A DNA stretch of 64,000 nt from Camelus dromedarius (GCF_036321535.1 NC_087436.1:4588001-4652000); one strand, 5' to 3'; shown: positions 48,591-61,650, numbered from the stretch's first letter. A program made the numbers and translations. Notes: generated from the letters alone by a model not told the origin.

Positions 48591-49371
48591 AGCACTTTGT
48601 GTACTGTTTTCCTGTTTTTTGATCTGCGTTAGTATGTGCACATGTGTTCACGTATTTATGGGTGAGTCGGGAGCTTTGAGGAGTCCGTGTTGCAAAGGGG
48701 AGATGATATATAACCTTTGCAAATGGAACCCAAATCAGTGCGCAGCAGGGTTCTGAGTTCATTTTCAGCGGTATATGTTATTCTTACACTATATATTTCT
48801 TACCTCCCCAGTAATTGTACAAAGGTGAAATAAAACCTGAACGAGCATGGGAGGTATTACTGAAAAATAAAGGAGTAATATGCAACCTTAGAGACCAGTC
48901 AGGATTTAATGAGGCACCTGCTTAAATACGCAGAGAAATGTCAGGGCAGTGATCAAACCTGATACTCTCTCAAGTTTGCTGGAAGCTCTGGCTTCTTCCA
49001 CTGACTTTGGTTTGGTGGAATCTCACTCACCCTGTCAGTTCATGGACTGAGTCCTCTACTGGGGTCCCTGCTCAGCCTGCAATGAGACTTTCTTCAGTTC
49101 GTGTTGGCTCCCGGTTTTGGCAGCATTGTAGCTTGGCCAGCCCACCAGGAGCAATCTGGGATTGATGACTGAACTAAAATTCTTCAATGTTTGTGCAAAG
49201 TGTTATTTTGGGAAATAATGAGGATTTTCCTGAACAGCTGGGACATTCTAATACTTCTCTAAATTATTTATAATATTTCTTAGAAAAAAATGTACCATTC
49301 TTTTCGTGTTTAACTTTTAAATTTCAGAAGGAACTTTTCTCAACCTCTAAAACGCCAATTTCTATAACCTG

Positions 49372-49842
49372 TGTCTACTTGGGGAAAAAAAAAAACGCAC
49401 AGCATCAGAGCTATGAGTTGGGTTTATTCAGGATCTTACTGAGGACTGTAGCCGGGGGGTGGGGGTGGGTACAGCCTCTCAGATGACCCTGAGGACTGTT
49501 CTGAGGAGGTCAGTTCAGTTGGGGGGGTCAGTGTATGTGTGACACTGACTAAGGGGGTGCGTGCACTCAAGGACACGGCTTGGTTGCTGTCAGCACGAGG
49601 AACAGACATCTTAGTTAATGGTTTTATTGCTTTTCTAAGTGTGGGAAGATGCAAGAATCCGGGTTCATGAAACATTTCTCCTGAAAATATCTAACTCCCT
49701 GAGGGCCAGCTGTAACAGTTTTCCCTCATTCCTGACCTTCACCCTGAATTCCTTCCTGGGTGTCCTGCAGGTCAAGGGCTCCAGTGGCCAAATGACTAAC
49801 TTCTTGTAGAACCGGGTGGCAAGAAACGTCCCTTAGTTGGCA
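49372..49842 (-). mobile_element. Solo ERV1 LTR (MER41-like)
   Basis: TG...TAGTTGGCA ends, 471 bp, exact TSD CCTG (49368-49371 / 49843-49846); minus-strand AATAAA near 49423; family from recall. Confidence 0.8.
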
Positions 49843-52800
49843 CCTGCAATTTTAAAATTGACATGTGAGAACTTTTAAAGGAAGATAAGTATTTTAGAAT
49901 TTAAGACTTTAAAAAAAAATAGCTCGTATATATTTTCACAATTTTTACAAAATATTGGTTGGCACATGTATATAAATGAGATTTTTTAAAACACAAATGT
50001 AAAAGCAGTATGACGAGTGAAACTCTTTACACAGGTATTCCTATGACTTTTTTTTAAAATTTCTCTTGAGAGGCTGGTAATAACTATAAGCAGTTTTAAA
50101 AATACCACCATTTAAATAATTTTAGTGACTCTTGTACACTTTCTTTTTAAATGAGGCCTTACAGTAGTTCTTTTAAAAGGGACACGCTGTATCTCTTCAG
50201 TTGGAAGGCTGTTCCCCAAGGAGCAGCTTGAAGAAGGAAAGGCTGGACAAGCACCGCTAAACACCAGCTCTTACTTCCTCTGAACCCCCAGCTCCTCACG
50301 CCCTGGCCCTGGCGTTTCTCGTTAGATGGGGCGGAGTTTTCCACTTTAGGTCTTACTTGTTTAAATTTTTTCATATTCAAATTCTACAGTGACTTCTTTC
50401 TTGTAAGACTTAAAAAGGGTTTTCAAATCACATGACTCCATCTGTGAATGCTAGTGTCGGTCTTGCTTTTCAGAAACCTGACCAATAAAAAGAAAGGAAA
50501 TGTGGCGATTTGTCCTCTTTGCTTAAAAGAGAGAGGTTTACAATGACTGACTTAGGATGTTTTCCTGATCTGAACTTCAGTAACGTTCTCAAATAACACA
50601 CACAGCTCCCTTCATGCCGTCCACTGCGAAAAGATTCTTGAAGACTGAAAAATCTCTCTCAAAACTTTCGATGCAAGATCTTACTTTTACCTATTTATAT
50701 GGACCGTTTGGGAATTTTTAATTAGATGCTCTGGGAGCAGAGAAATGAGGTGGTTCATTCCTGGAAACTTTGCCTCTGTAATTTCGTTTAAGCCTTTTTT
50801 TGCTACACATCTTAAGAGAGATTCTGCATTTGTTTTGCAGTCTTTCAAGATCTTGAAAAACATGGAACTTCAGAGTATTTCTCACAGGATTAACAAATTC
50901 TCTTTTGTTTCCCAAATCTGTGTGTGCTAAATCTCGAACTTTAGTTTCCTGAGATGCCAGCGCTAGTGTTTCTTCTGTGAATGGTAACGCCTGGGGGAAG
51001 GGTGAACTGGGCTACAGACAGCAGAATTCCTGAGAAAAAGCACATTCATCTTGCTTGTAGACAAAGTGGTAAAATGACATCAGAACAATGAAAGGAATGA
51101 AATGAAAACCTCAGACTAACCTTTTGGCGTCTTGAGGCAAAATGGATGAGTGGACTTGCCTGTGTTCTAGTGTCCGTAAAGCCAAGAAGAATGAAGCGAA
51201 AGCATCTCTGAGCTTTGCTTGACTGTTAATTTACTGTTTCCCGGGAATCTACTTGTGTTTAAAAGTGTTCAATCTATATGTGTTTACATGTGTTCTGTTT
51301 CTCTGATGTTTGTCATCGTCCATTAGCTCTTCTCTCTGAGTACCAATCTCCAGGGGTCTATTTAGAAACAGAACAGAATACCAGCTTTAACATGAAACTC
51401 TTGTTCTCCAGAAGATATTGCTACAACCACGTGGATGAATAATTGATTTTGTATAGATGGTTTTATAAAATGCAGACAAGGTTTTCTCTTGGCTCTTTTG
51501 AGAATCTTTTTTGTGGCCTTTGAGGTTGCTGCAAACAGTTCTAGTTCATGAAGAAGGCACCTTTCGAGCAGTCTAAATGTACTCCAATGAAAATAATTTA
51601 ATTTTCAATCATGAATTCCATGTCTCATGGTAGACAAGCTGTGGTGATCATTTTGATTTTGAGAGTATAAAACCAAGGAGAGAAAGCTGGAACTAAAGAA
51701 ATCCCAAGAGTGGTTTTTATGGTTAGATACCATCTAAAGAAAATCAATATTACATTAAGTGGTGTTACATCTTTTCTGCTCCAGGAAAACACTTTACTTG
51801 TCCACTTAATTAATAGCAGACCCAATAAAACAGTCAGTCTCTGGGGAGCTGATGACCACTAAGACTTAAAGGATTAGCATCTGACTTCGTGTGTTTGGTT
51901 TCCCACTCGCCTTGACTTGGTGAATTCAGCAGCACTTTATTACTGTTATCAATACTTATGTACTGGCAATACTTTTATTTAAAGTGGCTCCACGTTTAGG
52001 GTGCAGGGCTGTCTCCAGGTGGTGTGTGATGTGGTGGTCTTCGGCATCCTGGCCCGTCTCGTCCTCGTCAGCGTCGGTGGTGCAGATCAGGGGGACGATG
52101 CTATTGTCACTGCCTCCCGCCGTCCGTTTAGCTGCTCGTGGAAATGCGCCGATGTAACACCACCCAGGATGGAAAAGACACGTGTGGAAATGACGTTGGC
52201 ATGCTGACTTACGCCATCCTGCATTTGAACACGTTATAGAAGACAAATAGAAAAAAAAAAACTTTAAAATACATATTTCAAGTTATTGTTAAACTCAGGT
52301 TTACATTTTTTCTTGAAAATGAGCCACAACGCAGTACCTGGGTCTGAGCATGTTAGGAAATTTCCTAAATGCAGCACCGAGCTGAATTTTGGCTTCAGGG
52401 GAGATGGAGACACATGTGAATCTCTTTTAGTGATTTTTTTTTTCTCACCGGATTTTCTCTTACTCCTTTTGCAACATCAGCAGAAGTGTGAAGGGATCCA
52501 GGAGGGCTGGGGAGCCACCTTTGTTGTCTTCCTTTCCCGGGAAAGAGTTCCCGGGAGGAGAACTTGTCATAGGAGAGCCCTTGGCACCCCTTACCCTGGA
52601 CACTTCTAGGCCTCTGGTTGTTTACAGATTTCTCCGGATGGTCCATTCTCAGTGTCCGCCATGTGGGAGTCCTTGTACCCGCTGACGGCGGCCTCTCGAG
52701 ACTCTCAGGACCACTTGATATTTTAATAAAGAACTGGCCCGACTTGAGCATAAGAGGTGTAATTCGGGGAAAGAAAACAAAATTTCAGCACCAGGCACGA

Positions 52801-53399
52801 AGGCATCTCTCAAAGAAGCCACATTCACCTCGTTGAGGAAGCTGTCGAAACATTTATCTAAATCAGTGTCACCTCTTGTGGCCTCGCACAGATCCTGGCT
52901 GCACACTGACATCTCCGGACCTGTCTTCCTGTCCCTTTACGTGTCAGAAGCCACTCTGCACGTTCGTTTGTGATTTAAGCTGTGATCAGCTTACAGGCAG
53001 GGTCTGTGTCATCAGCCTGTGCCCTGCCCTGTCCCAGCCTGCACCGCACACCGCAGGACATGTCACCCTCCTGCAATGGCTTCACACAGTGTGTGGATGA
53101 CTGGACGGTGGGACAGAGGATGAAACTGCTGGCTGCAGGGGCCCTAATGGAGCGGTTCCTGAATTTGGGACCCATGCTCCCTCCAGCTCCTTCCCGATGT
53201 CTTACTGGATCCTTCTGTTTCCCTAACTGGCCTCCCTGAGACGTTTGAACAAGAACTGTGGTTCCTTTGGGCCCACAGCGCCCCCTGTTAAGGCGGGTTC
53301 TTTGAGGCCCACAGCGCTCTGAGACCGGTTTGCCTTCCCCATTCTCTCTGGCAATCATCACCAGGTATCAGTATTGACAGATTACTATTTGATCAATGA

Positions 53400-53925
53400 A
53401 TTTTTTTTATTGCTATGGGAACCAGTTACCACAAACATAGGGCTTAAAACAACACAGATTTATTATCCTACAGTTTTGTAGGTTGCAAGTCCATTTCTGG
53501 TCTCACTGGACCAGAACCAGCAGGGCTGAACCCCTTTCCTTTGGCTCTGGGGGTGGGTAACCAGACAGGTGTAGGCAGAATTCAGTTCCATGAGGCCATG
53601 GGGCTTTGGATCCTGTGTCCTTCCTGGCCGTCAGCTGGGGCTGGGTCATGCCCTAGAGACCTCTTTCCAGGTCCTTCTCATGCTCCTGTCCCTCCAGTCT
53701 TCTGTCACTGTACCCCCCTTCCCCTGTAACCAGGAAAGGTTCTTGGCTTTTAAGGACTCAGTCAGTCCTGTGATCAGGGGGTCCGCCACTCCTGCAGGGT
53801 AATCTTTCCAACTCGAGAACCATGACCTTAACCCCATCTGCGAATTCTCTTCTGCCATCTGGGCTAACCTAGTCAAAGGGACCGGGGCCTGGGAACCTGG
53901 GGGACACCACGATTCTGCTTCCTGC
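53400..53925 (-). mobile_element. MaLR (MLT1) LTR
   Basis: TTACCACAAACATAGGGCTTAAAACAACACAGATTTATTATCCTACAGTTTTGTAGG and CTTTTAAGGACTCA motifs. Confidence 0.75.
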
Positions 53926-54164
53926 CCCTGAGGTGCTCAGTGCTTGATAGACAGCATTTCACTTATTTCCATCCTATCAGAAGAAATCAAGTCTTGGAAG
54001 AGTTGAGCGAATTGGCTACGTGATCATGAAATGACAGTGTCATCATTTATACTCAAGTCTACCTGGTGCTAAAGCCACCTTGTTCTTCATCCCATGGAGG
54101 ACCCAGTGAAAGTAGAGCTTGCACCATGTCTTCTGGGAATCTTGAAACAAATCTGTTTTTTTCC

Positions 54165-54257
54165 TTTGTTTTTAATTAAAGTACTGTCAGTTACAATATG
54201 TCAGTTTCTGGTGTACAGCACAATATACACGCATACATTCATTTTCATTTTTTTTTA
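54165..54257 (-). mobile_element. Short L1 3' end
   Basis: GTCAGTTACAATATGTCAGTTTCTGGTGTACAGCACA. Confidence 0.65.
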
Positions 54258-54794
54258 ATATTAGTAATACAAGGTGGTGGGGAGTTTGGTATGTTCTAAA
54301 TTAATAACCAGGCTATAAGAACAGAAAATACTTACTGGCATATTTATTGGTTTTCCAAGACTTCAGTTTCAGAAGTTTCCGTCTCACAGGTGAGTGTGAA
54401 GCTGTCCCTTGATGGGAGACTACGAATGATCATGAAGAAATGATGATTATTTAATTCCTGAAGTGATTTTAATTTCTAAAATATTACTTCACTAAAGAAA
54501 ATGCTTATATTTTCATATGCTTATAGCTCTGATGGAGTCTTTTTTTTCATCAGGAACACACTTTGAGGGTTGCAGTGTAAACACAGGGTAACATGTGTGC
54601 ACTTTGATCACTCCTCACTGTTTATCGTAACAAACACACAACTGCCCCCAAACTCCCGTAATGATGCACATCTCGGCTTTCCACTCATAACTGCGTGTCT
54701 CTTTCTATTTCAGGCAACCATTTTACATCCCACTTGCTCGTTTACCTTCCTTAAAATGTTTCAACTGTTTAAATAGTTACAGATGTTTCTCTTT

Positions 54795-54935
54795 TTACAT
54801 TTTACTTTATTTCTATATTTTGGGGGGAGGGTAATTAGGTATTATTGGTTTATCGAATACGGGGGTACCGGGGATTGAACCCAGGACCTCGTGCATGCTG
54901 AGCACCACCCTACCACTGAGCTACACCCTCCCCCC
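54795..54935 (-). mobile_element. Vic-1-like SINE
   Basis: GGGGATTGAACCCAGGACCTCGTGCATGCTGAGC...CTGAGCTACACCCTCCCC. Confidence 0.85.
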
Positions 54936-55148
54936 AATGTTTTTCTTAATCACATCATTTTTGCTGCAATCTCCCCAAGGTTCTTGCCTTGCAGACGTCT
55001 GGGTGCAGCTGGGAAAGGGTGTGCGGTGGGAGTATTGGCCCGTCAGCCCCCGAAGCGCAGGCCGGAGGCTTGTTCCCTGAGCTTGGTCTCCCTAGGTCGG
55101 CCCACGTGGCTGCCTCATTCACTCGGCACCGTCTCCTCTTCACTGCAG

Positions 55149-55346
55149 AATCTCGACGCCCTGCATGACCACCTGGCCACCATCTACCCGGGGATGCGGG
55201 CGCCTTCCTTCAGGTGCACTGATGCAGAAAAGGGCAAAGGGCTTATTCTGCACTACTACTCAGAGAGAGAGGGGCTCCAGGACATCGTCATCGGGATCAT
55301 CAAGACGGTCGCCCAGCAGATACACGGCACTGAAATAGACATGAAG
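55149..55346 (+). CDS. GUCY1B1: sGC beta-1 exon 5 (heme ligand His105 and YxSxR motif)
   Basis: cag|AATCTC...ATGAAG|gtaacg; [23 protein letters not shown]...[33 protein letters not shown]; His105 codon at 55164-55166, Tyr135 at 55254; 198 nt. Confidence 0.98.
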
Positions 55347-58207
55347 GTAACGGTCCGTCTCGGGGACGCCTGAGCCCAGACCCCCTGCGGAGGGTTAAGG
55401 ATGCTCGGCGAGTCTACTTCAGCTGTCAGTGCTGCTGCTGGACCTCAGCAGAGGTCCACGTAAGCCGTGACGGCAGCAACACCCTCAGGCTTCTATAGTT
55501 GGCCCTGGAATGCAACATACAAGATTTTTTTCCTGGTGGGAGCAGATTTTGCTTTCTAATTATACATTGCTCGAGGCACCGTGAAATTTGGTTTGCACTC
55601 CCTGTGAGCACACACTCGCTGGGAAGTGGTGGCCCTCAGAATACAGGAAAACCCGTGACACAGCACATGCTAAAATAATGTGAACCGAGGTATTATCTTA
55701 CTGTTCATTGTTTCCTTGTGGGTTTTTTTTATTTCTGTCCGTCCCTGAGATGTAGATAGAATATCTCATTTTACGAGCTAAAAGTTTTTCTTTTTAAAAA
55801 AAAAAAAATTAGATTGCTTGGTAAAAGAAGCCAAGCCTCATACTTGAAAAAAATGTTAGTTTTGAGTGATGATTTCAAGATATTGATAGCACAGCTGTGC
55901 CATGGAGAACCCTCGTTTTTCTGTATTTCTGACCCCGATGGCTTCTCCCCTGAGCTGCTGTTTGTGTGCTCAGGGTATCAGCCCCCCAGAGCCGTTCTCA
56001 GTGGCCCTAAATTTAAAAAAAGTGGACAGAGGGATGCCCTATTTCAGTTTTCTTTCCTTATGAGAAAACTAGTGCAGTGCTTTTTTAGATGCCATAGTTA
56101 CATTCTAACACATACAGGAAGCCCAAACTCGAAGTACAATTTTATAGAAATAAAAACTGTAACATTTAAATTGATTCTATTACAAAAGTATCCCATGTAT
56201 TTAATCCAGTTGGTCCCATTGGATTTGACGTTTTTGTTTTCTTTCAGGAGTTGGTGTCCATTCTTCCTTGATCCCCAGGCTTATCCTTAGTTTTTCTGTG
56301 TAATATGACATTGTCAAATCCAGAGACATTTAAAAATTAAAAACTTGGGTAAAGGATTGAAATTCTTCCATGGTTAGGAGTCTGACTGAATTTCAGTTAC
56401 AATGATCTGTGCTTTTCACTTCCAATTTTTTACCCTGACACCCAGCTGACACCACAAGTTTAGTGGGGAGCCTGTGTCCAGGGGTCTGTGCATCCTGGCT
56501 CGACTCCTGGCCTGCTTTTTACTTAGCCAAGCCGAGCAGGACGCAGGTACATAGAAACTTCGGGAAAGAAGCATAAATGAGGGCTCCCTTGGAAGCTGCA
56601 GTTGCCATGGTTACCAGAGCTTTGGTGTGGAAGGTTGACGGCAGTAGCATGGGCTGTGGAAAATTCAAGTTTTTACCTAATTGTGTAGTTCCCTTTATAT
56701 AATTTGGGTTGTCTCGTGGACTTCACTTACCAGCTATGCCAGTACAGACTTCTGAAATACTTGCATTTGGCAATTATATTTTGTATTTTAATTTTTTTTC
56801 AAAGGCCCTATTTTAATTTCCTGAGGAATCCTTATGTTGAAGCCATAAGTTTAATAGGTCCAGAGCTACCAGACAATTTAACTGCGCAAGAACTATCAGA
56901 CCATGTCAGGAAGTGATTTATGGAGAAGTTAAAAATATGATCAGAAAAGCTGTTCGTTCTGCTAATTTAACCAAAGCAGAAGAGCAGAATTGAGGAGTTA
57001 ACTAGTAAATTTAGGCTGCATATAATTCTGTTCCTCTAGCTGAAATGGAAGCACAGCAGAATGTCAGACTTCCAGGATGGATTCTGGTTTGATTTGTTCA
57101 TGAGACTTTAGGGGAAATCAGTCTTCATGAGGCACAATTTTCACATCATAAATAAGAATACTAATCTTTAACCAGTTTAGTAGATGAATGTGACAGTTTT
57201 AGTAGTAAGATTCTAATTTCACCATGAAACTGTATCTGGGAGAATACATACAACAGCGGTATTAATTGCAATTTGTTCTTAAGCGTCAGAGAACGCTGCA
57301 GTGAACTCCTGAAAAAAAAATGAAAAAGAGGAACATTTTGTCATTTAGCTGTAACTGAAGAAATGTTGTCCCCACTGTTTTGTATTTTGATCTGACTGCA
57401 GTTGAAATACAGGTTTTCCCTTTGTAAGAGGACGTGTTGGTTGCATTTCTTAAATTCAGAAGGAAAAAATCTTTTATACCTTAATAATGCATTTGCCTGT
57501 GAATATTATCTTAGAAACGTAGTTATTTCTTTCAGTTATAGAACTTCACTCACAATTATGATTACTTCCATGGAATGAATTCCCAGATTTGGAATTAAAT
57601 CTAAGAATATAATTTGGAAGGGGCAGTTGTGCATTCTGTCACTCTGTCCTTCAGAAAGGTTCATCAGAATGAACCTTTCTGAAGTTAGTGGTAATGTGAA
57701 AGGACTCTTTCTGTGTCCTACCCAGTTTGGTGCTGTAATTTTATATACTTGCCAAGTGATGGGTAAAAAATGACATTGCGTATATTTTAAAATTTGCATT
57801 TCCCCCATTTCATTTCCCTCTGTCGGTACATGTCAGGTTTGATCATATTATAGAGCCCCACTTTGTACCACGTAGTTCACTTGATGAGTGTGCTGGGCTG
57901 GGGGCGCCGAGCCCACCGGGACAAGGGGGTGCTTTTCTCCAAAGTCCACCAAAGAGGCTGCACGGACGACTAGTGAACTCGGACCAGATTTGCAATTTTA
58001 TTGCAATTTATTATTCGGTCTTTAAATTTCATAGATCAATGTCCAGAAATAGTTTTCCATTTTAGGCTTGTATAGTATTTGCACATATTAAAAATTTGAA
58101 GTTAACTTTCTAGAAATGCAACTCTCCTAACCAATTTCTTAGATATTTAAGTGTTTCAACTAAGTGGAAATACAGACATTTAACATCATTTCCCCCTTTG
58201 GCATCAG

Positions 58208-58438
58208 GTTATTCAGCAAAGAAATGAAGAATGTGATCACACTCAATTTTTAATTGAAGAAAAGGAGTCCAAGGAAGAGGATTTTTATGAAGATCTTGAC
58301 AGATTTGAAGAAAATGGCACCCAGGAGTCACGTATCAGCCCATACACCTTCTGCAAAGCTTTCCCTTTTCACATCATATTTGACCGGAACCTGGTGGTCA
58401 CCCAGTGTGGCAACGCCATATACCGCGTGCTCCCGCAG
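58208..58438 (+). CDS. GUCY1B1: sGC beta-1 exon 6 (end of H-NOX, linker, start of PAS)
   Basis: cag|GTTATT...CCGCAG|gtagcc; [77 protein letters not shown]; 231 nt. Confidence 0.97.
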
Positions 58439-59101
58439 GTAGCCCCTCACTCATCTAGCCCCTCGGTTACACGCCAGGCCGTGTGGAGCACACTGGGCAC
58501 CACACAAGTTGTGTAATGGAAGCTGAGTGCACTTGTGCCCTAAGACAGCTGCTTTTTTTCCTGTTTTAATCCCAAGGAAAAGGACAGTGGGAAAATTATG
58601 TGGGAACTGTATACTTGTTTTAGTGAGAAAGTGAGTGACTTTCTAGTAGCAGTCAGCTTTCACTAAATTTATTCACCATTGAGCAAATATTCATTGGATA
58701 TCTACTATCTGAGTATAGCTTTCAAAGTCAACTAATGACATTTGCAAGGAAAAGGAAATGTAAAATATACCGAAGAGGAAAGGGGAAGAGATTACCATGA
58801 AGTTTAGTAGAAAACGCATCAAAGGACAGCACCGGGTGATGCTGAGTGCACATTTGGCTTGGATCATTCAGACCCATTTGCAAACTCCTTTCTTTCCACT
58901 TCCTCTTTTCTCTCACTTCTAACGTATGTCTAGAGATACTTTTTGCTTGTAATTAAGGAGACGTAATAGTTCAGGATTAACTGCAATGGAATTTGACATA
59001 AACCTGTAAGTCTGGAAGCAGAATAGTGTGTGGGTGGGGCTCTCTCCCCCAGGCATGACCGACAACGTGTTTCTTCCCTCTCTTTGCCTGTTTTCCCTTT
59101 G

Positions 59102-59275
59102 TTTTGAATATTTTTGGTTTTGGAAGGGGTAATTTAATTTGTTTGTTTTGTTTATTTAGGTATGTATGTGTGTATGAATGTATTTACGTATGTACATGCA
59201 GGTACTGGGTGTCCAACCCAGGACCTCCTACATGCTAAGCACGTGCTCTACCACGGAGCTCTGCCCTCCCCCCGC
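59102..59275 (-). mobile_element. Diverged Vic-1-like SINE
   Basis: AACCCAGGACCTCCTACATGCTAAGCACGTGCTCTACCAC; TSD TTTTCCCTTTG (59091-59101 / 59276-59286). Confidence 0.8.
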
Positions 59276-59601
59276 TTTTCCCTTTGCTGTGACGTGAGGA
59301 GAGAGGGTGCAGGAAGGACATTTAGTCCAGCGCCTGGTCCCGTGAGCAGTTGTTAAGTGTTACCTGTTACTGTTGGATCAGCCATCTCTTGATAAACTGA
59401 GTGTTTCTGGGGGATTGTGGTATTTAAGTTTCATGTTAAGCCATACATGTTCAACACTTCATGCTATATTTTGAAAGTCAAATTCTCTTCTTTTTTCTTT
59501 AAAAAGTCTTTTCTTATTTAACTTAGCTTTAGATTTGAATATTAGTTGTCTGAAGCCATATTCGGTTTTATGTGTTTTGTTTTTTTAGTTTAGTATATTC
59601 A

Positions 59602-59990
59602 TTTTTTTTTTATTGGAGTATAGTTAGTTTACAGTGCTGTGTCAATTTCTGGTGTACAGGATAATGTCTCAGTCATACATAGACATACATATATTTGTTT
59701 TCATATTCTTTTTCATTATCACTTACTGTAAGATATTGAATATAGTTCCCTGTGCTATACAGTAGAAACTTGTTTGTTTATGTATTTTATATATAGTATT
59801 GTGTGTCTGCAAATCTCAAACTCCCAATTTATCCTCCACCACCACCCCCTTCCCCGTTCCAGCAACCATGCGTTTATTCTCTGTGTCTGTGAGTCTGTTT
59901 CTGTTATGTAAATAAGTTCATTTGTGTCATTTTTTTTAGATTCCACGTACGAGTGACAACATACAGTATTTCTCTTTTTCTGTCTGATTT
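59602..59990 (-). mobile_element. 5'-truncated L1 3' end
   Basis: Poly(T)-ATTGGAGTATAGTTAGTTTACA...TTAGATTCCACGTACGAGTGA. Confidence 0.85.
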
Positions 59991-60195
59991 TTTGTTCACA
60001 CAACCACACGATGTTCGTTTAGTCACTGAGTTGCATAAGTGCAGGTGTGAGTTCATAGTGGAGGTAATTTTTCTGCAAATAATTATGATTTTCTACATTT
60101 AAGTATTATTGAGCTGGTTTAATCTAATAATTAATGCCAAATTGCAAGAATTCTTCTGATTCAAAATTGTCTTTTTCTTTTCATCTGCACTTTAG

Positions 60196-60312
60196 CTCCA
60201 GCCGGGGACCTGCAGCCTCCTGTCTGTCTTCTCCCTGGTCCGCCCTCACATTGACACTAGTTTCCATGGCATCCTCTCACACATTAACACGGTCTTCGTC
60301 TTGAGAAGCAAG
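60196..60312 (+). CDS. GUCY1B1: sGC beta-1 exon 7 (PAS)
   Basis: tag|CTCCAG...AGCAAG|gtaatc; [39 protein letters not shown]; 117 nt. Confidence 0.97.
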
Positions 60313-61037
60313 GTAATCAAGATACTGTTTCTCTAAACGTGGAAAGTAAGGTATGTCACAGATGAGACATGTTCCAGAGGGGTAGTTAGTAACATTCTGT
60401 GAGATGGTAAGGCAGGGAGATCAGAGCCAGCCCTGAAGGACCCTATTTCAAGGGCAACCTTATTGATTTGGGGTTGCCTGAGGGGCCATGGAGCTCAGTC
60501 AGCTGATTAGAATTAACAAAAGTAAATTCTGAGAACATCTTGCCGGAACAGCCCAGTTGCACATATGAAAACCAACATCTTTTACTCCTGGTACAGCCAC
60601 AGTGTCCTATTTTAGAAATCAGAACTAATAAAGATTTTTTTTTAACTTTACTCAAAGCCACTGGTTTATTGTTCCTTAAATTGTCTTTTATTCTTTCTAC
60701 CACTTTGAGGGGGGAGGGAATAAAAGTGGTAACATTTTCATTCAATTGATAATGTAGGTAGCACCCAGATCTCATAGTTTCTGTTCTTGGTACTGATACA
60801 GCAGAAGTGCCCCTGAGGATGCATTTCATCCTTCCTCCTGCCTCCCAGAGTCATACCCACACGCTTCACGCATTTGGAACTAACTGCTTCCAGCTGCTCT
60901 GTGAATGCGGGGGTGGGGAGTGGAGAGGCTTGGTCGGGTCTTTGCTGGAGCCTGCCTGGGATTAGGTGCTGGAGCCAGACTGGAAAATCAGAAGTAAGAT
61001 TCATAGATGCTTTAAATAAAAATTTGAATGTAGGCAT

Positions 61038-61245
61038 CTGGGATTAGCAGATACACACTACTGTATATAAAATAGATAAACAACAAGGTCCTACTGTACA
61101 ACACAGGGAACTATATTCAATATCTTATAGTAACATATAACGGAAAATAATCAAAAAAAGATAATACATGTGTAACTAAATCACTTTGCAGTACACCCGA
61201 AACTAACACAACCCTGTGAATCAACTAGACTTCAATTAAAAAAAT
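61038..61245 (+). mobile_element. L1 3' end
   Basis: GGGATTAGCAGATACACACTACTGTATATAAAATAGATAAACAACAAGGTCC...CTTCAATTAAAAAAA. Confidence 0.85.
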
Positions 61246-61384
61246 TATAAAACATGTATTGAAGGATACTTGGCTTGCAGTGTTGTGTTAGTTTCAGGTG
61301 TGCAGCATAGTGACTCGGTAATTTTGAGATTCCACGCTGTATGGATGATCCCCGTCTTTGATCTCTGTGCCGAGCAGTTTTGTT

Positions 61385-61650
61385 TTTTAATTTTTTTTAC
61401 ATTTTTTATTGAGTTATAGTCATTTTACAATGTTGTGTCAAATTCCAGTGTAGAGCACAAGTTTTCAGTTATACATGAACATACATATATTCATTGTCAC
61501 ATTTTTGTTTTTGCTATGAGCTGCCATAAGACCTTGTATATATTTCCCTGTGCTGTACAGTGTAATCTTGTCTACCTGTTCTGCATATGCCTGTCAGTAT
61601 CTACAAATTTGGAAATCCCAGTCTGTCCCTTCCCACCCCTCACCCCGAAG
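61385..61650 (-). mobile_element. Young L1 3' end (same subfamily as 48303-48529)
   Basis: CATTTTACAATGTTGTGTCAAATTCCAGTGTAGAGCACAA shared with the copy at 48303. Confidence 0.85.

Noticed and set aside
51956..52246. Coding-looking GC-rich stretch (DADEDETGQDAED on the minus strand)
   Set aside because: No recognisable protein, splice signals, poly(A) tail or TSD; a BLASTX search would settle whether it is a pseudogene fragment
52783..52800. REST/RE1-like TTCAGCACC
   Set aside because: The right half-site (GGACAG) is absent
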